64,000 bases of DNA from a bacterium. GTDB lineage: Bacteria > Verrucomicrobiota > Verrucomicrobiia > Limisphaerales > UBA11358. The stretch spans positions 45,358-109,357 of the forward strand of contig JAJXXW010000028.1 of NCBI GenBank assembly GCA_021780905.1. Direction: 5' to 3'. The notes beneath the pieces are model-generated. The model was given only the letters and a program-made list of their open reading frames with translations, searched no databases and was not told the DNA's origin. Of this stretch, positions 39,774-49,663 are shown in pieces. Positions within the stretch are counted from its first letter, which is position 1; each line of letters starts with the position of its first letter. The position numbers and the translations under genes were made by a program.

Positions 39774-41939
39774 TCAGTATTTTTGCTTGATCTCGGTGTC
39801 GCCGGCGGGAGTTTGAGCGGCCTTGGCGTCGGCTTCCTGCTCGCTGGGGTTGCGGGAGTAGTAATAATCGTGATAGTAGCCGCTGTAGTAGTAATAGCCC
39901 TCGTCCTGCGACATATTGATGTTGTTGAGAACGATGCCGACAAAATTGCCGCCGACCTTCTCGATCATCTGCTTGGCGCGGATGGTCATCGGCTGCGGAT
40001 AGCGGCGGTATTGGATCACCTGCATCACTAGGTCCACTTCGCTGGCGAGAATGGATGCGTCGCTGACGCCAAGAATCGGCGGTGAATCGAAGAAGATGAA
40101 ATCGTAACGTTGCTTCAGCTCGGCGATCATCTCCTTCATCTGGCCCGAACCCAAAATGCCCATGGAGCTGTTTGGCAGCTTGCCGCTGGCCATGAAATCC
40201 AGATTAGGCACGTTGGTCGTCTGGACAATTTCCGCAATGGTGTTTTGCTTGAGCAGGTAGTTGGTCAACCCCAGATTGTTGGTCACCTTTAACAATTTGT
40301 GCAGCGTCGGGCGGCGCAAATCGGAGTCCACGATAAGCACGCGGCTGCCGGCCTGGGCAAATACGGTGGCCAAATTGATGCCGGTGGTGGACTTGCCCTC
40401 GCCCGCGCCGGCGCTGACGATGACGATGGTGTTGAGCGTTTCCTCCTTTCGGGTGAACAGTAGATTGGTCCGCAGCACGCGGTAGGCTTCGGCGTGCTTG
40501 CTCTCGGAACCCTCGTCCATGAGATAGCCGATATTTTGCGGGATGACGCCCAGCACGGGCGCCTGGAACGTCCGCTCCACGTCGTCAATCGTCTTGACGC
40601 TGGTGTCAAGATATTCAATGAAGAACGCCAGACCGATGCCCATGACCAGGCCGAAGACCAAGCCGAGAGCGATGTTGACCGGCTTGTTGGGCTTGACGGG
40701 CGTTGTCGGGATTTCGGCCGGGTCGGTGACCCGCACCATGGTGGTTTTGGGAATCACCGCCTCAAGTTTTTCTGCTTCAATTTTCGTGTAAAGCAGATTG
40801 TGCATACTGCGCAACTGCTCAAGGTCGCGCTTGGCATTGTAGTAAGGCTGGCGCTGGGCCGATTCATTCATGTCCCTCGCTTTGGCGCCATCCACTGACC
40901 TGGTCAGCGCGTCCAGCGCGGCTTTTTTGGAGCTGACCTGGCTGTCCAGGCTGGAAAGAATGCCGGCGATGCGGTCGTCAATCTGCCGGTTCAAAGTGTC
41001 AATCAGGGACTGAACCCGGGTCACGTTGAGGTTGTTCGTCGGATAATCCACTTTCAGCGTGCCAATTTGTTGTTGCGCATCGTGCAGTTTGGCCAGGAGA
41101 TCAACCAGGGCGCCGTCGTTGACCACGTTGGGCAGCACGTCCCGCAGCTTGTTGTTGTCAAAAGACTTCAACTGGGCGAGCTGGTTGGACTGATCCACGT
41201 AGGCGGTTTCGTTCTGGATCATCTGCTGGTGCAACGACTGAAGCATTTCGGTGGTCAGCGAAGGCGTGTAGCCCTGGGCGTCGGCCTGATCCATGGTGAT
41301 CCCCAAGCTGCGCCGGAGGACATCAATCTGCTGCTGCGCCTGTTGAATCTGGTTGGACTCGTCAAGATACTGGTTCTCCAGAACCTCAATGCCCTTCTCC
41401 GAGATTTCCCGGCGCGTATTGATCCGGTAGCTTTTGTAGGCGTCGGCCACGGCATTGGCCAGCCGGGCCGCCTCTTTGGGATCGTCGCTGTAAACCGTGA
41501 TGGAAATGATCTTGGTGTTGCGCACCGGTGCGAGGGCCAGCCGTCCACGCAGAATATTCATGGTCTCCGTGGTCTTGAGTGTCTCGCCGTTGAAATATTT
41601 TTTGCCCCATTCGACGTTCAGATTGAGCGACTGGATCACGTTGCTCAAGATGAGGGTCGAATTCATGATTTCAAAGGTGGTCTGGATGAAGTAAGGGTCG
41701 TAGCCGGCTTGCGCCGGCGTGGGAGCGAGGCCGCCGGCCGTGTCGTTGACCTCGTTTTCCACCCAGATCTTGCAGGTGCTGGAGTAGGATTCCGGCAGGA
41801 TGAACGTGACCGCCGTGGCGATGATGGCGGTGATGAGAAAAACCGTGATGATGATTGCCTTGCGGATCCGGATCACGCGCCAGTAATCCAGAAAATGCAG
41901 CTTGGCCTCGGGCGACGCGGTGGGGTTCGGTGAATCCAT
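39774..41939 (-). CDS. Polysaccharide co-polymerase / tyrosine autokinase (Wzc-like)
   Basis: Two transmembrane segments, AEAYRVLRTN, Walker A SAGAGEGKST, DSDLRRP, DSPP, C-terminal Tyr cluster GYYYYSGYYHDYYY. Confidence 0.93.
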   Translation of the reverse strand: MDSPNPTASPEAKLHFLDYWRVIRIRKAIIITVFLITAIIATAVTFILPESYSSTCKIWVENEVNDTAGGLAPTPAQAGYDPYFIQTTFEIMNSTLILSNVIQSLNLNVEWGKKYFNGETLKTTETMNILRGRLALAPVRNTKIISITVYSDDPKEAARLANAVADAYKSYRINTRREISEKGIEVLENQYLDESNQIQQAQQQIDVLRRSLGITMDQADAQGYTPSLTTEMLQSLHQQMIQNETAYVDQSNQLAQLKSFDNNKLRDVLPNVVNDGALVDLLAKLHDAQQQIGTLKVDYPTNNLNVTRVQSLIDTLNRQIDDRIAGILSSLDSQVSSKKAALDALTRSVDGAKARDMNESAQRQPYYNAKRDLEQLRSMHNLLYTKIEAEKLEAVIPKTTMVRVTDPAEIPTTPVKPNKPVNIALGLVFGLVMGIGLAFFIEYLDTSVKTIDDVERTFQAPVLGVIPQNIGYLMDEGSESKHAEAYRVLRTNLLFTRKEETLNTIVIVSAGAGEGKSTTGINLATVFAQAGSRVLIVDSDLRRPTLHKLLKVTNNLGLTNYLLKQNTIAEIVQTTNVPNLDFMASGKLPNSSMGILGSGQMKEMIAELKQRYDFIFFDSPPILGVSDASILASEVDLVMQVIQYRRYPQPMTIRAKQMIEKVGGNFVGIVLNNINMSQDEGYYYYSGYYHDYYYSRNPSEQEADAKAAQTPAGDTEIKQKY

Positions 41940-42025
41940 AACTTAAAACTTAAAAGTAAAACGAACCCGTCAGGGATTTCGGCTCCCCGGCGGGACTAAA
42001 CGGAGATTTCAGTCATCAACCACGC

Positions 42026-43324
42026 TCAATAAGTCGCCTCCAACCCGAGGTAGACCACATTGCGACTGAAGCCGCGCTGATCAACGGTGGATAACAGGTC
42101 GGTGAAGTCATAACCGGCGTTCGCGGAAAAATGCTGGTTGATCATGTAATCAAAATGAATCCCCGCGCCAACGGTGGTTTCACTCACATTGTTAAACTGA
42201 CCACCTTGAAAGACGGAGTATTGATAGGTGCCGACCAGGGAACCGGACAATTTCGAGGTGATTTGGTGGTTTAAATCCAGGTAAAGGGTGGAGCTTTCCT
42301 GATATAGCGTCAACTGACCGTTAGACGCGACTCCGGCAACATCCGTGGCGTTCTGATCCTGGGTAAAACCAGCCTGCAAGTAGCAGCCTGGCAGATAAGT
42401 GTAGGTCAAATTGAGGTTGGCATAAGGCGCAAGCGTATTTTGCGTGGCGACCGGATCGTTATACGCGTCCGTCAAGGAGGCGCCGACGCGAAAGCTGCCG
42501 CTCAAATTGGGGCTGAAAGTTTTGGACAAGCCCACATAGGCATAATGCGTGTAGTAATTTCGGGCATCGCTGTAGTAATTGATCACCTTTGGTGGATTGG
42601 GCGGATTATTGAGGAGATATGGCGGCGAAATCAAATCATTGACCGTATAATTGACCCATGTGAAATCATAGCCAATAAAGGCAATCGTCTCCGGCTGGAT
42701 TGTCCATTGAAAATCTATCCCAACATCTTGTTGCACCCGGTTCAAAAGGGCGGCAATGCTGGGATTGTTGGGGGTGCTGACGGGGCTATTGTTGTAATCT
42801 ATAAAATTATTGCCGTAGTGCGTCGCCGTGCTGAACTGACGTGTCCACTCCGAATTCAAGGTGACCGTCGCAATGTTGTTCACGTTGTCGCCGTTCACCC
42901 GGACCACCGCCCCGCCTTGCACCAACTGGGGATCCTGCCCGATGACCAGCGAATCAGAAATCGTCAACTTTTGGCGCTCGTTAAACGAATGGTCCAGCCA
43001 TAAATCGCCCTGATGGGTATAGTCCAACGGGTCTTGGCCGGTATCCTGCCGCTGCTGGTAGTAATACATCCCGAAAGTGTATTTCACACCAAGATCGGTC
43101 TGCTGCCTCGCCAAGTTCGCGGATATGGAAGGCGACAGTTCCATGCCAAAGCTGCCAACCTTGTTTGGGGTAACCAAGTAATTGTCGTCGTAGAACCCGC
43201 GCAGATTCGCCGACACATTCCAGGTTTTGGGGGGGATTCCGGTGTCCAAGGCCTGCGCAACGGCGGACTGAATGCCGGTGGCACCAACCGCCGCGAGTCC
43301 GACCGAAATAAAGGTTTTTTTCAT
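42026..43324 (-). CDS. Outer membrane beta-barrel protein (EPS-associated)
   Basis: Signal peptide, GFYDDN motif, alternating beta strands, terminal aromatic residue (LEATY). Confidence 0.8.
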   Translation of the reverse strand: MKKTFISVGLAAVGATGIQSAVAQALDTGIPPKTWNVSANLRGFYDDNYLVTPNKVGSFGMELSPSISANLARQQTDLGVKYTFGMYYYQQRQDTGQDPLDYTHQGDLWLDHSFNERQKLTISDSLVIGQDPQLVQGGAVVRVNGDNVNNIATVTLNSEWTRQFSTATHYGNNFIDYNNSPVSTPNNPSIAALLNRVQQDVGIDFQWTIQPETIAFIGYDFTWVNYTVNDLISPPYLLNNPPNPPKVINYYSDARNYYTHYAYVGLSKTFSPNLSGSFRVGASLTDAYNDPVATQNTLAPYANLNLTYTYLPGCYLQAGFTQDQNATDVAGVASNGQLTLYQESSTLYLDLNHQITSKLSGSLVGTYQYSVFQGGQFNNVSETTVGAGIHFDYMINQHFSANAGYDFTDLLSTVDQRGFSRNVVYLGLEATY

Positions 43325-43496
43325 TTTGGCACTCCAGTTCTGACCGCCGACAACCCTTTCGTATTCAAAAAGTTTTCCAACGGCCGATTGCCTGTCAAAT
43401 CTATCAGGTTGGCCAGTGCCGCGTCAAAACAAATTTACCCGAATTATTCACCGCCAGAAACGCCGGTTTTCCCTTCAATTACGGCCGCTGACAGCG

Positions 43497-45254
43497 TCAA
43501 GCCATTTGCCTGTAACGCTTTTGTTTCAATTGCGATTGCAGTTGCGCGAGCGGCAGCGCATTCACAACCTCGGTTTTTTCCAGCCAGCCCTTCCGCGCCA
43601 CGCCCGCGCCCAGCCGCAAGAATCCCGCGTGTTCGTTGCGGTGCGCGTCGGGATTGATGACGCATTTCACGCCTTTCGATTGGGCATAAGGCCAGTGCCG
43701 CCAGTCCAGATCCAGCCGATACGGATTGCAGTTCAGCTCAATCCAAGTGCCGGTAGCGGCGCAAGCGTCAATTACCGCGTGGATATTGACTGGATACGGC
43801 TCGCGCTCCAGCAACAGCCGGCCGGTCAGGTGGCCTAGAATATGCACGAATGGATTTTCCGCCGCGCGAATCAGCCGCTTGGTGTTTTCCGCCTCGCTGC
43901 TGCTCGGCACATGCAAACTGGCGACCACTACTTCCAGTTCCGCCAGCAACTCGTCGTCAAAATCCAGCCGGTCTTTCAAAATATCCACCTCGCTGCCGGT
44001 CAATAATCGAAAATCACTGCCGCCCGCCGCGATTTTCTCGTTCACCATTCTTATTGCCAACATCTGTTCTCGCAGTCGTTTTGCATCCAGCCCATTCGCC
44101 TGATACGAAGCCTTCGAATGGTCTGTGATCGCCCAGTATTCCAGCCCCAAGTCTTCCATGTAGTCCGCGATTTCTTTCAGCGTGTTGTGGCCGTCGCTCC
44201 AGTTTGAGTGATTGTGCAGCGCGCCTTTCAAATCCGTCCACTCGACCGGCTTCGGCAAAGCGCTTTTCTCCGCCGCTGAAAATTCGCCGTGGTCTTCGCG
44301 CAGCTCCGGCGGCACCCACGCCAAGTCCAGCTTGGCGAAAATCTCCTCCTCGGTTTTGCACGCCACCAGCAATTTCGCGTCGCGCGTTTCCTCCCTCGAC
44401 TTGAACAGGCCGTATTCATTCAGCCGCAAGCCGCGCTGGATGGCCCGCTGCCGCATGACGATGTTGTGCTCCTTGCTGCCGGTGAAATACGCCAGCGCAA
44501 ACGGAAACTCCGCGTCGCTCACCACGCGCAAATCGCACTGGATGCCGCCGTCCAGAATCACGCTCGCCTTGGTTTCGCCCTTGGCCAGCACTCTGACGAT
44601 GCCCGGCTGCGAAACGAAAAATTCAATCACCGCCAATGGCTTTTTCGACGACGCCAGCAAATCAATGTCGCCAATCACTTCCTTGAACCGCCGCAAGCTG
44701 CCCGCCGTGCTGCACCGGATGACCTCGGGATGTTGCCGCAGGTTTTCCAGCAACGGCTCCGCCGCCAGCCAGGCGTCGCTGAGCAAATGTTTGCTCGCGT
44801 AAGTCCGCTTCAGCGCGATGCCTTCCAGAATATTCGCCTGCGTTTTCTCGCCGAAACCGTCCAATTCCGCCACCTTGCCGGCCTTGCACGCGGCTTCCAG
44901 TTTTTCAATCGAATCAATGCCGAGCCTCTTGTTCAGCGCCTGGATTTTCTTCGGGCCGAGGCCGGAAATCTCCAGCATTTCCAACAGTCCCGGCGGAAGC
45001 GAAGCTTTGAGTTCTTCGTAATATTTCAGCCTTCCGGTTTCGACCAGCTCGGTGATTTTTTGTTCCAGCGCCGCGCCGATGCCTTTGATTTCGCCGAGCC
45101 GTTTTTCGGCGACGATTTTCGCCAGCGGCTCGGCCAAGCCTTCGATGGTCCGCGCCCCGTTGGCGTAGGCGCGCGTCTTGAACGGATTTTCGCCCTTCAA
45201 TTCCAACAGCGTGCCAATCTCGACGAGCATCTCGGCAACCTTGTCTTTGTCCAT
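43497..45254 (-). CDS. polX: DNA polymerase/3'-5' exonuclease PolX
   Basis: GENPFKTRAY, GLGPKK, AGSLRR..IGDID, FTGSKEHN, LNEYGL; PHP domain HNHSNWSDG, TDHS, DAH. Confidence 0.95.
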   Translation of the reverse strand: MDKDKVAEMLVEIGTLLELKGENPFKTRAYANGARTIEGLAEPLAKIVAEKRLGEIKGIGAALEQKITELVETGRLKYYEELKASLPPGLLEMLEISGLGPKKIQALNKRLGIDSIEKLEAACKAGKVAELDGFGEKTQANILEGIALKRTYASKHLLSDAWLAAEPLLENLRQHPEVIRCSTAGSLRRFKEVIGDIDLLASSKKPLAVIEFFVSQPGIVRVLAKGETKASVILDGGIQCDLRVVSDAEFPFALAYFTGSKEHNIVMRQRAIQRGLRLNEYGLFKSREETRDAKLLVACKTEEEIFAKLDLAWVPPELREDHGEFSAAEKSALPKPVEWTDLKGALHNHSNWSDGHNTLKEIADYMEDLGLEYWAITDHSKASYQANGLDAKRLREQMLAIRMVNEKIAAGGSDFRLLTGSEVDILKDRLDFDDELLAELEVVVASLHVPSSSEAENTKRLIRAAENPFVHILGHLTGRLLLEREPYPVNIHAVIDACAATGTWIELNCNPYRLDLDWRHWPYAQSKGVKCVINPDAHRNEHAGFLRLGAGVARKGWLEKTEVVNALPLAQLQSQLKQKRYRQMA

Positions 45255-45349
45255 GCCGCCCACTGTAACCGCAGATTTCACGGATTAAAAGTCTGCGTTC
45301 TTCAGCGAAAGCTGCGGACAACTCCGTGCCTTTGCGTTAATTTTTGAAA

Positions 45350-46153
45350 ATGTCTGCGAGAAAAACTTTGCCGGTGGCTTTGACCATCGCCGGCTCCGAC
45401 AGCGGCGGCGGCGCCGGCGTGCAGGCCGACCTGAAAACCTTCGCCGCCCTCGGCGTCCACGGCACCAGTGCCATCGCCTGCCTCACCGCGCAAAATCCCA
45501 AACGCGTTTTGGCGGTGGAATCGTGCTCGCCCCAAATGCTGCGCCAGCAAATTGAAGCCGTGTTCGAGGAATTTAATCCGGCGGCGGTGAAAACCGGAAT
45601 GCTGTATTCCGCGCCAAACATCCGCGTCGTCGCGGAGTTTTTTGGCAGCTCAAAACTCAAAACAAAAAGCTTAAAACTGGTCGTTGACCCCATGATGGTT
45701 TCCACCAGCGGCGCGCGACTGCTACAGCCGGCGGCGGAAAAAATTCTGCGCGAACAACTGCTGCCGCTCGCCGCGCTCGTCACGCCCAATTTGGACGAGG
45801 CGGAAATTTTAACCGGCCGGAAACCGGCCTCCATCGAGGAAATGCGGGCGGCGGCGCGGGAAATCCATTCGCGCTTCGGCTGCGCCGCGCTCGTCAAAGG
45901 CGGCCATTTGCGCGGCGTTTCGGAGGCCGTGGACATTTTCTTCGATGGAAAGACGGAACTGCTTCTGTCCGCGCCGTTCGTGAAAGGGGTTCGCACGCAC
46001 GGCACCGGCTGCACTTATTCGGCGGCCATTTGCGCGGCACTGGCGCTCGAACACGATCTGCCACGCGCGGTGGAAATCGGGAAAGATTTCATCACGGCGG
46101 CGATTGCCGGCAGCCACCGCATTGGAAACCATTTCGTGCTCGGATGCTTTTAA
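45350..46153 (+). CDS. thiD: Hydroxymethylpyrimidine/phosphomethylpyrimidine kinase
   Basis: ALTIAGSDSGGGAGVQADLKT, VKTGML, TPNLDEA, VKGGH, THGTGCT. Confidence 0.96.
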   Translation: MSARKTLPVALTIAGSDSGGGAGVQADLKTFAALGVHGTSAIACLTAQNPKRVLAVESCSPQMLRQQIEAVFEEFNPAAVKTGMLYSAPNIRVVAEFFGSSKLKTKSLKLVVDPMMVSTSGARLLQPAAEKILREQLLPLAALVTPNLDEAEILTGRKPASIEEMRAAAREIHSRFGCAALVKGGHLRGVSEAVDIFFDGKTELLLSAPFVKGVRTHGTGCTYSAAICAALALEHDLPRAVEIGKDFITAAIAGSHRIGNHFVLGCF

Positions 46154-47766
46154 GGCCGCCAGAGCCGGAAAAATTGCGCCGCGTTCGGCGCGTTCAACCG
46201 GACGGCGTTTTGATGGTTCGTCACAATCGGCGCCGGGTTGTTCGTGCTCCAAGTCACCGGCGGAACAAGATTGGTCGTCGCTTGAAGAACGAATCCGTCC
46301 GGATAAACCGGCCACGAAAGCGAAACATTCCCGTCGGCTCCGGCCACCGTCAGCCGTTCCGAGAAAAATTCCCATGCCAGCGCGTAGGTTTCCGAATCGC
46401 TGACCGTGCTGTTTGCGCCGGCCTTCCAGACCTGCAAATCATAACGGCCCTGCGGCAGCGCGGGCAGAAAAATGTGCTGGATGTTGTCCACCAGGCTGGT
46501 GCTGCACGCGACCAAATTGCTGTCGGCGCAGTTGTAGAGAAACAGAGCCAGATTGTTGATATTGGTTTGACCTTGCTGGCGGTTCCAGACCAGCGTCGCA
46601 GTGAGAGTGAAATTCGCATTGCCGTCCCCGTTGGTCGCATTGAAATCGTAATCGTTCACCGCGTCGTAAGCCGGATGCCCCAGACTGCTCAAGGCGTTGA
46701 AATCCCAGCCGCTCAACCCAGCGACCGCGTTGGTCGTGGCCGCCGGCGGGTGCGCGCCGCCCGTCGGGATCCACTGGTGATCAATGTAAACTTGACGGCC
46801 TCCGGCGAGTTGTTCGTAGGAGTTGAACACGTTCAACACGCCCGCGCCATAGCGGGTGTCAAGCGGGGACGGCGGGGTGTTCGTCCAATCGGCCGGCTTG
46901 ACCGCGCCGTTGAGCAGCAGCGCCTTCACCGTGCGGATGTCAGCAGCGGCGTTGGTGTCGTTGCCGCCGTCGCCGCGCAAAGCGGCCTGCATCAGCAATG
47001 CCGCCGCGCCAGCAACTTGCGGCGTGGAGTCACTGGTTACGCTGGCGGGCGCGGTGATGTCCGGCTTGCAGCGGCCGTTGTCCAAGGTCGGACCGACACT
47101 GGAACTGCCGCCGAAAGCCGCCACGCCAATGCTGTTGTAAGCCGTGCCGGGCGGGCTGACGGAACCGCCGTTGTTAACCGCCGAGATGAACAGCGTGCCA
47201 TAGTTCGCGGCGTAATTGTCGTAAAGCAAGTCAACGGCCTGCTGGTCGCTGACCGCCAGATCGTTGGTCGGCGTCGGAATGTTCGTGGACACGTTGCCGA
47301 AGGTGAAACTCTGGTTCACCACGCTGTCGGCCAGCGCGACCAGATTACTGACGAGGTAATAATTGATGAAATAATCGGCGTCAAAATTATCAACGTGCGC
47401 CACGTTGGTGGCGACGCCGCTGCCGGTGCGGCCGTAAAAAATTGCCGCGACGCCGTCGGCGTGGCCGGATTCGTTGCCGACGGCATTGGTGAAACCGGTG
47501 GCCGTTCCCAACGCCGAGGCGTAGGTGAACAGGTTCGACGGTTGATTGACTGCCGCCGGATTGACTTCAAACGCGCTGGGATCGTTGGTGTTGCTGTCCG
47601 TGTTCGCCTCCGGTTGCGCGGCCCCAATGCCGGAGCCGTCCACATTCGTCGTCATGGCCCGCAACAACGTCACGCCAATCTGGTCGAGGTTTTGCGCCTG
47701 GGCCAGCCAGCCGCTCGCCCACAATGCCGCCAGAAAAACAATTTGGCAAAACGGACGGTTCATCAT
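46150..47766 (-). CDS. S8 (subtilisin-like) serine peptidase, secreted
   Basis: SGHADGVA, KPDITAP, TSDSTPQVAGAAALL, KALLLNGA, YGAGVLN; C-terminal LQATTNL..W..QFFRL tail. Confidence 0.85.
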   Translation of the reverse strand: MMNRPFCQIVFLAALWASGWLAQAQNLDQIGVTLLRAMTTNVDGSGIGAAQPEANTDSNTNDPSAFEVNPAAVNQPSNLFTYASALGTATGFTNAVGNESGHADGVAAIFYGRTGSGVATNVAHVDNFDADYFINYYLVSNLVALADSVVNQSFTFGNVSTNIPTPTNDLAVSDQQAVDLLYDNYAANYGTLFISAVNNGGSVSPPGTAYNSIGVAAFGGSSSVGPTLDNGRCKPDITAPASVTSDSTPQVAGAAALLMQAALRGDGGNDTNAAADIRTVKALLLNGAVKPADWTNTPPSPLDTRYGAGVLNVFNSYEQLAGGRQVYIDHQWIPTGGAHPPAATTNAVAGLSGWDFNALSSLGHPAYDAVNDYDFNATNGDGNANFTLTATLVWNRQQGQTNINNLALFLYNCADSNLVACSTSLVDNIQHIFLPALPQGRYDLQVWKAGANSTVSDSETYALAWEFFSERLTVAGADGNVSLSWPVYPDGFVLQATTNLVPPVTWSTNNPAPIVTNHQNAVRLNAPNAAQFFRLWRP

Positions 47767-47873
47767 CAGCGTTCTTAACGGGTTTGCCGAAAAATAATCC
47801 AGCCGGCGACAAAATGCCACCCGAATTACGCAATGGCATTTCCCTTTTGACCGGGCTGGACTAGAATGCCGGC

Positions 47874-48617
47874 GTGTCCGAAACGCTCGTCGTCAACGAA
47901 ATCTATCTAAGCCTGCAGGGCGAAAGCACCTTCGCCGGGCTGCCGTGCATTTTCATCCGCCTCACCGGCTGCGATCTGCGTTGCTCGTATTGCGACACCG
48001 CCTATGCCTTCACCGAAGGAAAAAAACAGACGCTGGCGGACGTGTTGAAAAAAGTCCGCGCACTGGCCGCGCCGTTTGAGAATTTCAAATCTCAAATTTC
48101 AAATCTCAAATTGCCGCTCGTCGAGCTGACCGGCGGCGAGCCGTTGCTCCAAAAAAATTCCCGGCCGCTGATGCAGACGCTCGGCGACGACGGCTTCACC
48201 GTGCTGATTGAGACGAGCGGCGCGCACGATATTTCCCAGATTGACCCGCGCGTCCACCGCATCATGGATTTGAAATGTCCGTCCAGCGGCGAGGCGGCGC
48301 GGAACCGTTTTGAAAATATCGCGCATTTGCGGGCCACCGACGAAATCAAGTTCGTCATCGGCACGCGGGAAGATTACGAATGGGCGAAGACGCAGATCAC
48401 CGCCCACCGGCTCGCAGCGATTTGCCCGCTGCTGTTTTCCTGGGTGCATCCGCTCGCGCCGGCGCAGCAGACCCTGGTGCTGAAGCAAGTGCCCGCCGGC
48501 CTCACGCCAATTTCGCGAAAGGAACTCGCGGAAAAAATCATCGCCGACGCGCTGCCGGTGCGGTTCCAAATCCAGCAGCACAAAATCATCTGGCCGCCGG
48601 CGCAGCGCGGCGTCTGA
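47874..48617 (+). CDS. queE: 7-carboxy-7-deazaguanine synthase (radical SAM)
   Basis: EIYLSLQGE, FIRLTGCDLRCSYCDT, TGGEPLLQ, ETSG, DEIKFV, QQHKIIW. Confidence 0.9.
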   Translation: MSETLVVNEIYLSLQGESTFAGLPCIFIRLTGCDLRCSYCDTAYAFTEGKKQTLADVLKKVRALAAPFENFKSQISNLKLPLVELTGGEPLLQKNSRPLMQTLGDDGFTVLIETSGAHDISQIDPRVHRIMDLKCPSSGEAARNRFENIAHLRATDEIKFVIGTREDYEWAKTQITAHRLAAICPLLFSWVHPLAPAQQTLVLKQVPAGLTPISRKELAEKIIADALPVRFQIQQHKIIWPPAQRGV

Positions 48618-48619
48618 CC

Positions 48620-49540
48620 ATGCAAACCTTCGCCATTGACGTCCGCGGCGTGACGAAAAAATTCGGCGCACGCACGGTCGTCAACAACATCGCCATGCAG
48701 GTGCGGCCCGGCGAGATTTACGGCTTTCTCGGCCCCAACGGCAGCGGCAAGACTACCTTTCTGCGGATGCTCTGCGGCCTGCTCCGGCCCGACGGCGGCG
48801 AAGGCACCTGTCTCGGACTCGATTTTCGCACCCAGTCCGCCGAAATTAAAAAGCGCGTCGGCTACATGACGCAGCGGTTCAGTTTTTACGAGGATTTGAC
48901 CATCGAGGAAAATCTGGACTTCATCGCGCGGCTTTATGGAATGCCGGATCGCCGCGCCGCCGTGCAAAAAAGTCTGGCACGCCTCGGCATGATCGGGCGG
49001 CGGCGGCAGCTCGCGGGCACGTTGTCCGGCGGTTGGAAAAAGCGGCTCGCGCTCGCGGCGTGTTTGATTCACGGGCCGCAACTGTTGCTGCTCGACGAGC
49101 CGACGGCGGGCGTGGACCCGAAAGCGCGGCGCGATTTTTGGGAGGAGATTCACAAGCTCTCGGCGGCAGGGCTGACGTTTTTGATCACCACGCATTACAT
49201 GGACGAAGCGGCGCGCTGTCATCGGCTCGGCTACATTGCCTATGGCAATCTGCTTTCACACGGCAGGGTGGACGAAGTGGTGCAAGCCGCCAAACTGACG
49301 ACATGGGAGGTGACCGGTGAACATCTTTGGGTGCTGGCGGACAAAATCCGCGGCCGGCCGGGCGTGGAACAAGTTGTGGCGTTCGGCCTGACGCTGCACG
49401 TCAGCGGACGCGACGCGGAAAAATTGCACGCGAGCATCACGCCATTGCAAACCGACGATCATCAGTGGTCCAAAATTGAACCGGGATTGGAAGACGTGTT
49501 CATCAGCCTGATGGAAACCGCGAAGGACAATTTCTCTTGA
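48620..49540 (+). CDS. ABC transporter ATP-binding protein
   Basis: GPNGSGKT, LSGGW, LLLDEPTAGVD, TTH. Confidence 0.93.
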   Translation: MQTFAIDVRGVTKKFGARTVVNNIAMQVRPGEIYGFLGPNGSGKTTFLRMLCGLLRPDGGEGTCLGLDFRTQSAEIKKRVGYMTQRFSFYEDLTIEENLDFIARLYGMPDRRAAVQKSLARLGMIGRRRQLAGTLSGGWKKRLALAACLIHGPQLLLLDEPTAGVDPKARRDFWEEIHKLSAAGLTFLITTHYMDEAARCHRLGYIAYGNLLSHGRVDEVVQAAKLTTWEVTGEHLWVLADKIRGRPGVEQVVAFGLTLHVSGRDAEKLHASITPLQTDDHQWSKIEPGLEDVFISLMETAKDNFS

Positions 49541-49550
49541 GGCAATGGAA

Positions 49551-49646
49551 AACATTCAACATCCGACCTTCAAAATCGGACCCCCAACTCTGCGCCGGTC
49601 AAATATTTATTGCATCGTGAGCGTTGAATGTTGGATGTTGAACGTT
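49551..49646. repeat. Inverted pair of heptamer arrays
   Basis: AACATTC AACATCC GACCTTC AAAATCG GACCCCC ... GAGCGTT GAATGTT GGATGTT GAACGTT (the second array is the reverse complement of the same unit). Confidence 0.75.
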
Positions 49647-49663
49647 TGCGAAAGGAGTTTTTC

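Noticed and set aside
46030-47778. 582-aa plus-strand ORF, and similar ones at 52499-54109 and 60276-61787
   Set aside because: Antisense to well-supported genes.
47874-48617. queE as part of a 7-deazaguanine DNA-modification (dpd) system
   Set aside because: No dpdA or other dpd genes nearby; the context is housekeeping.
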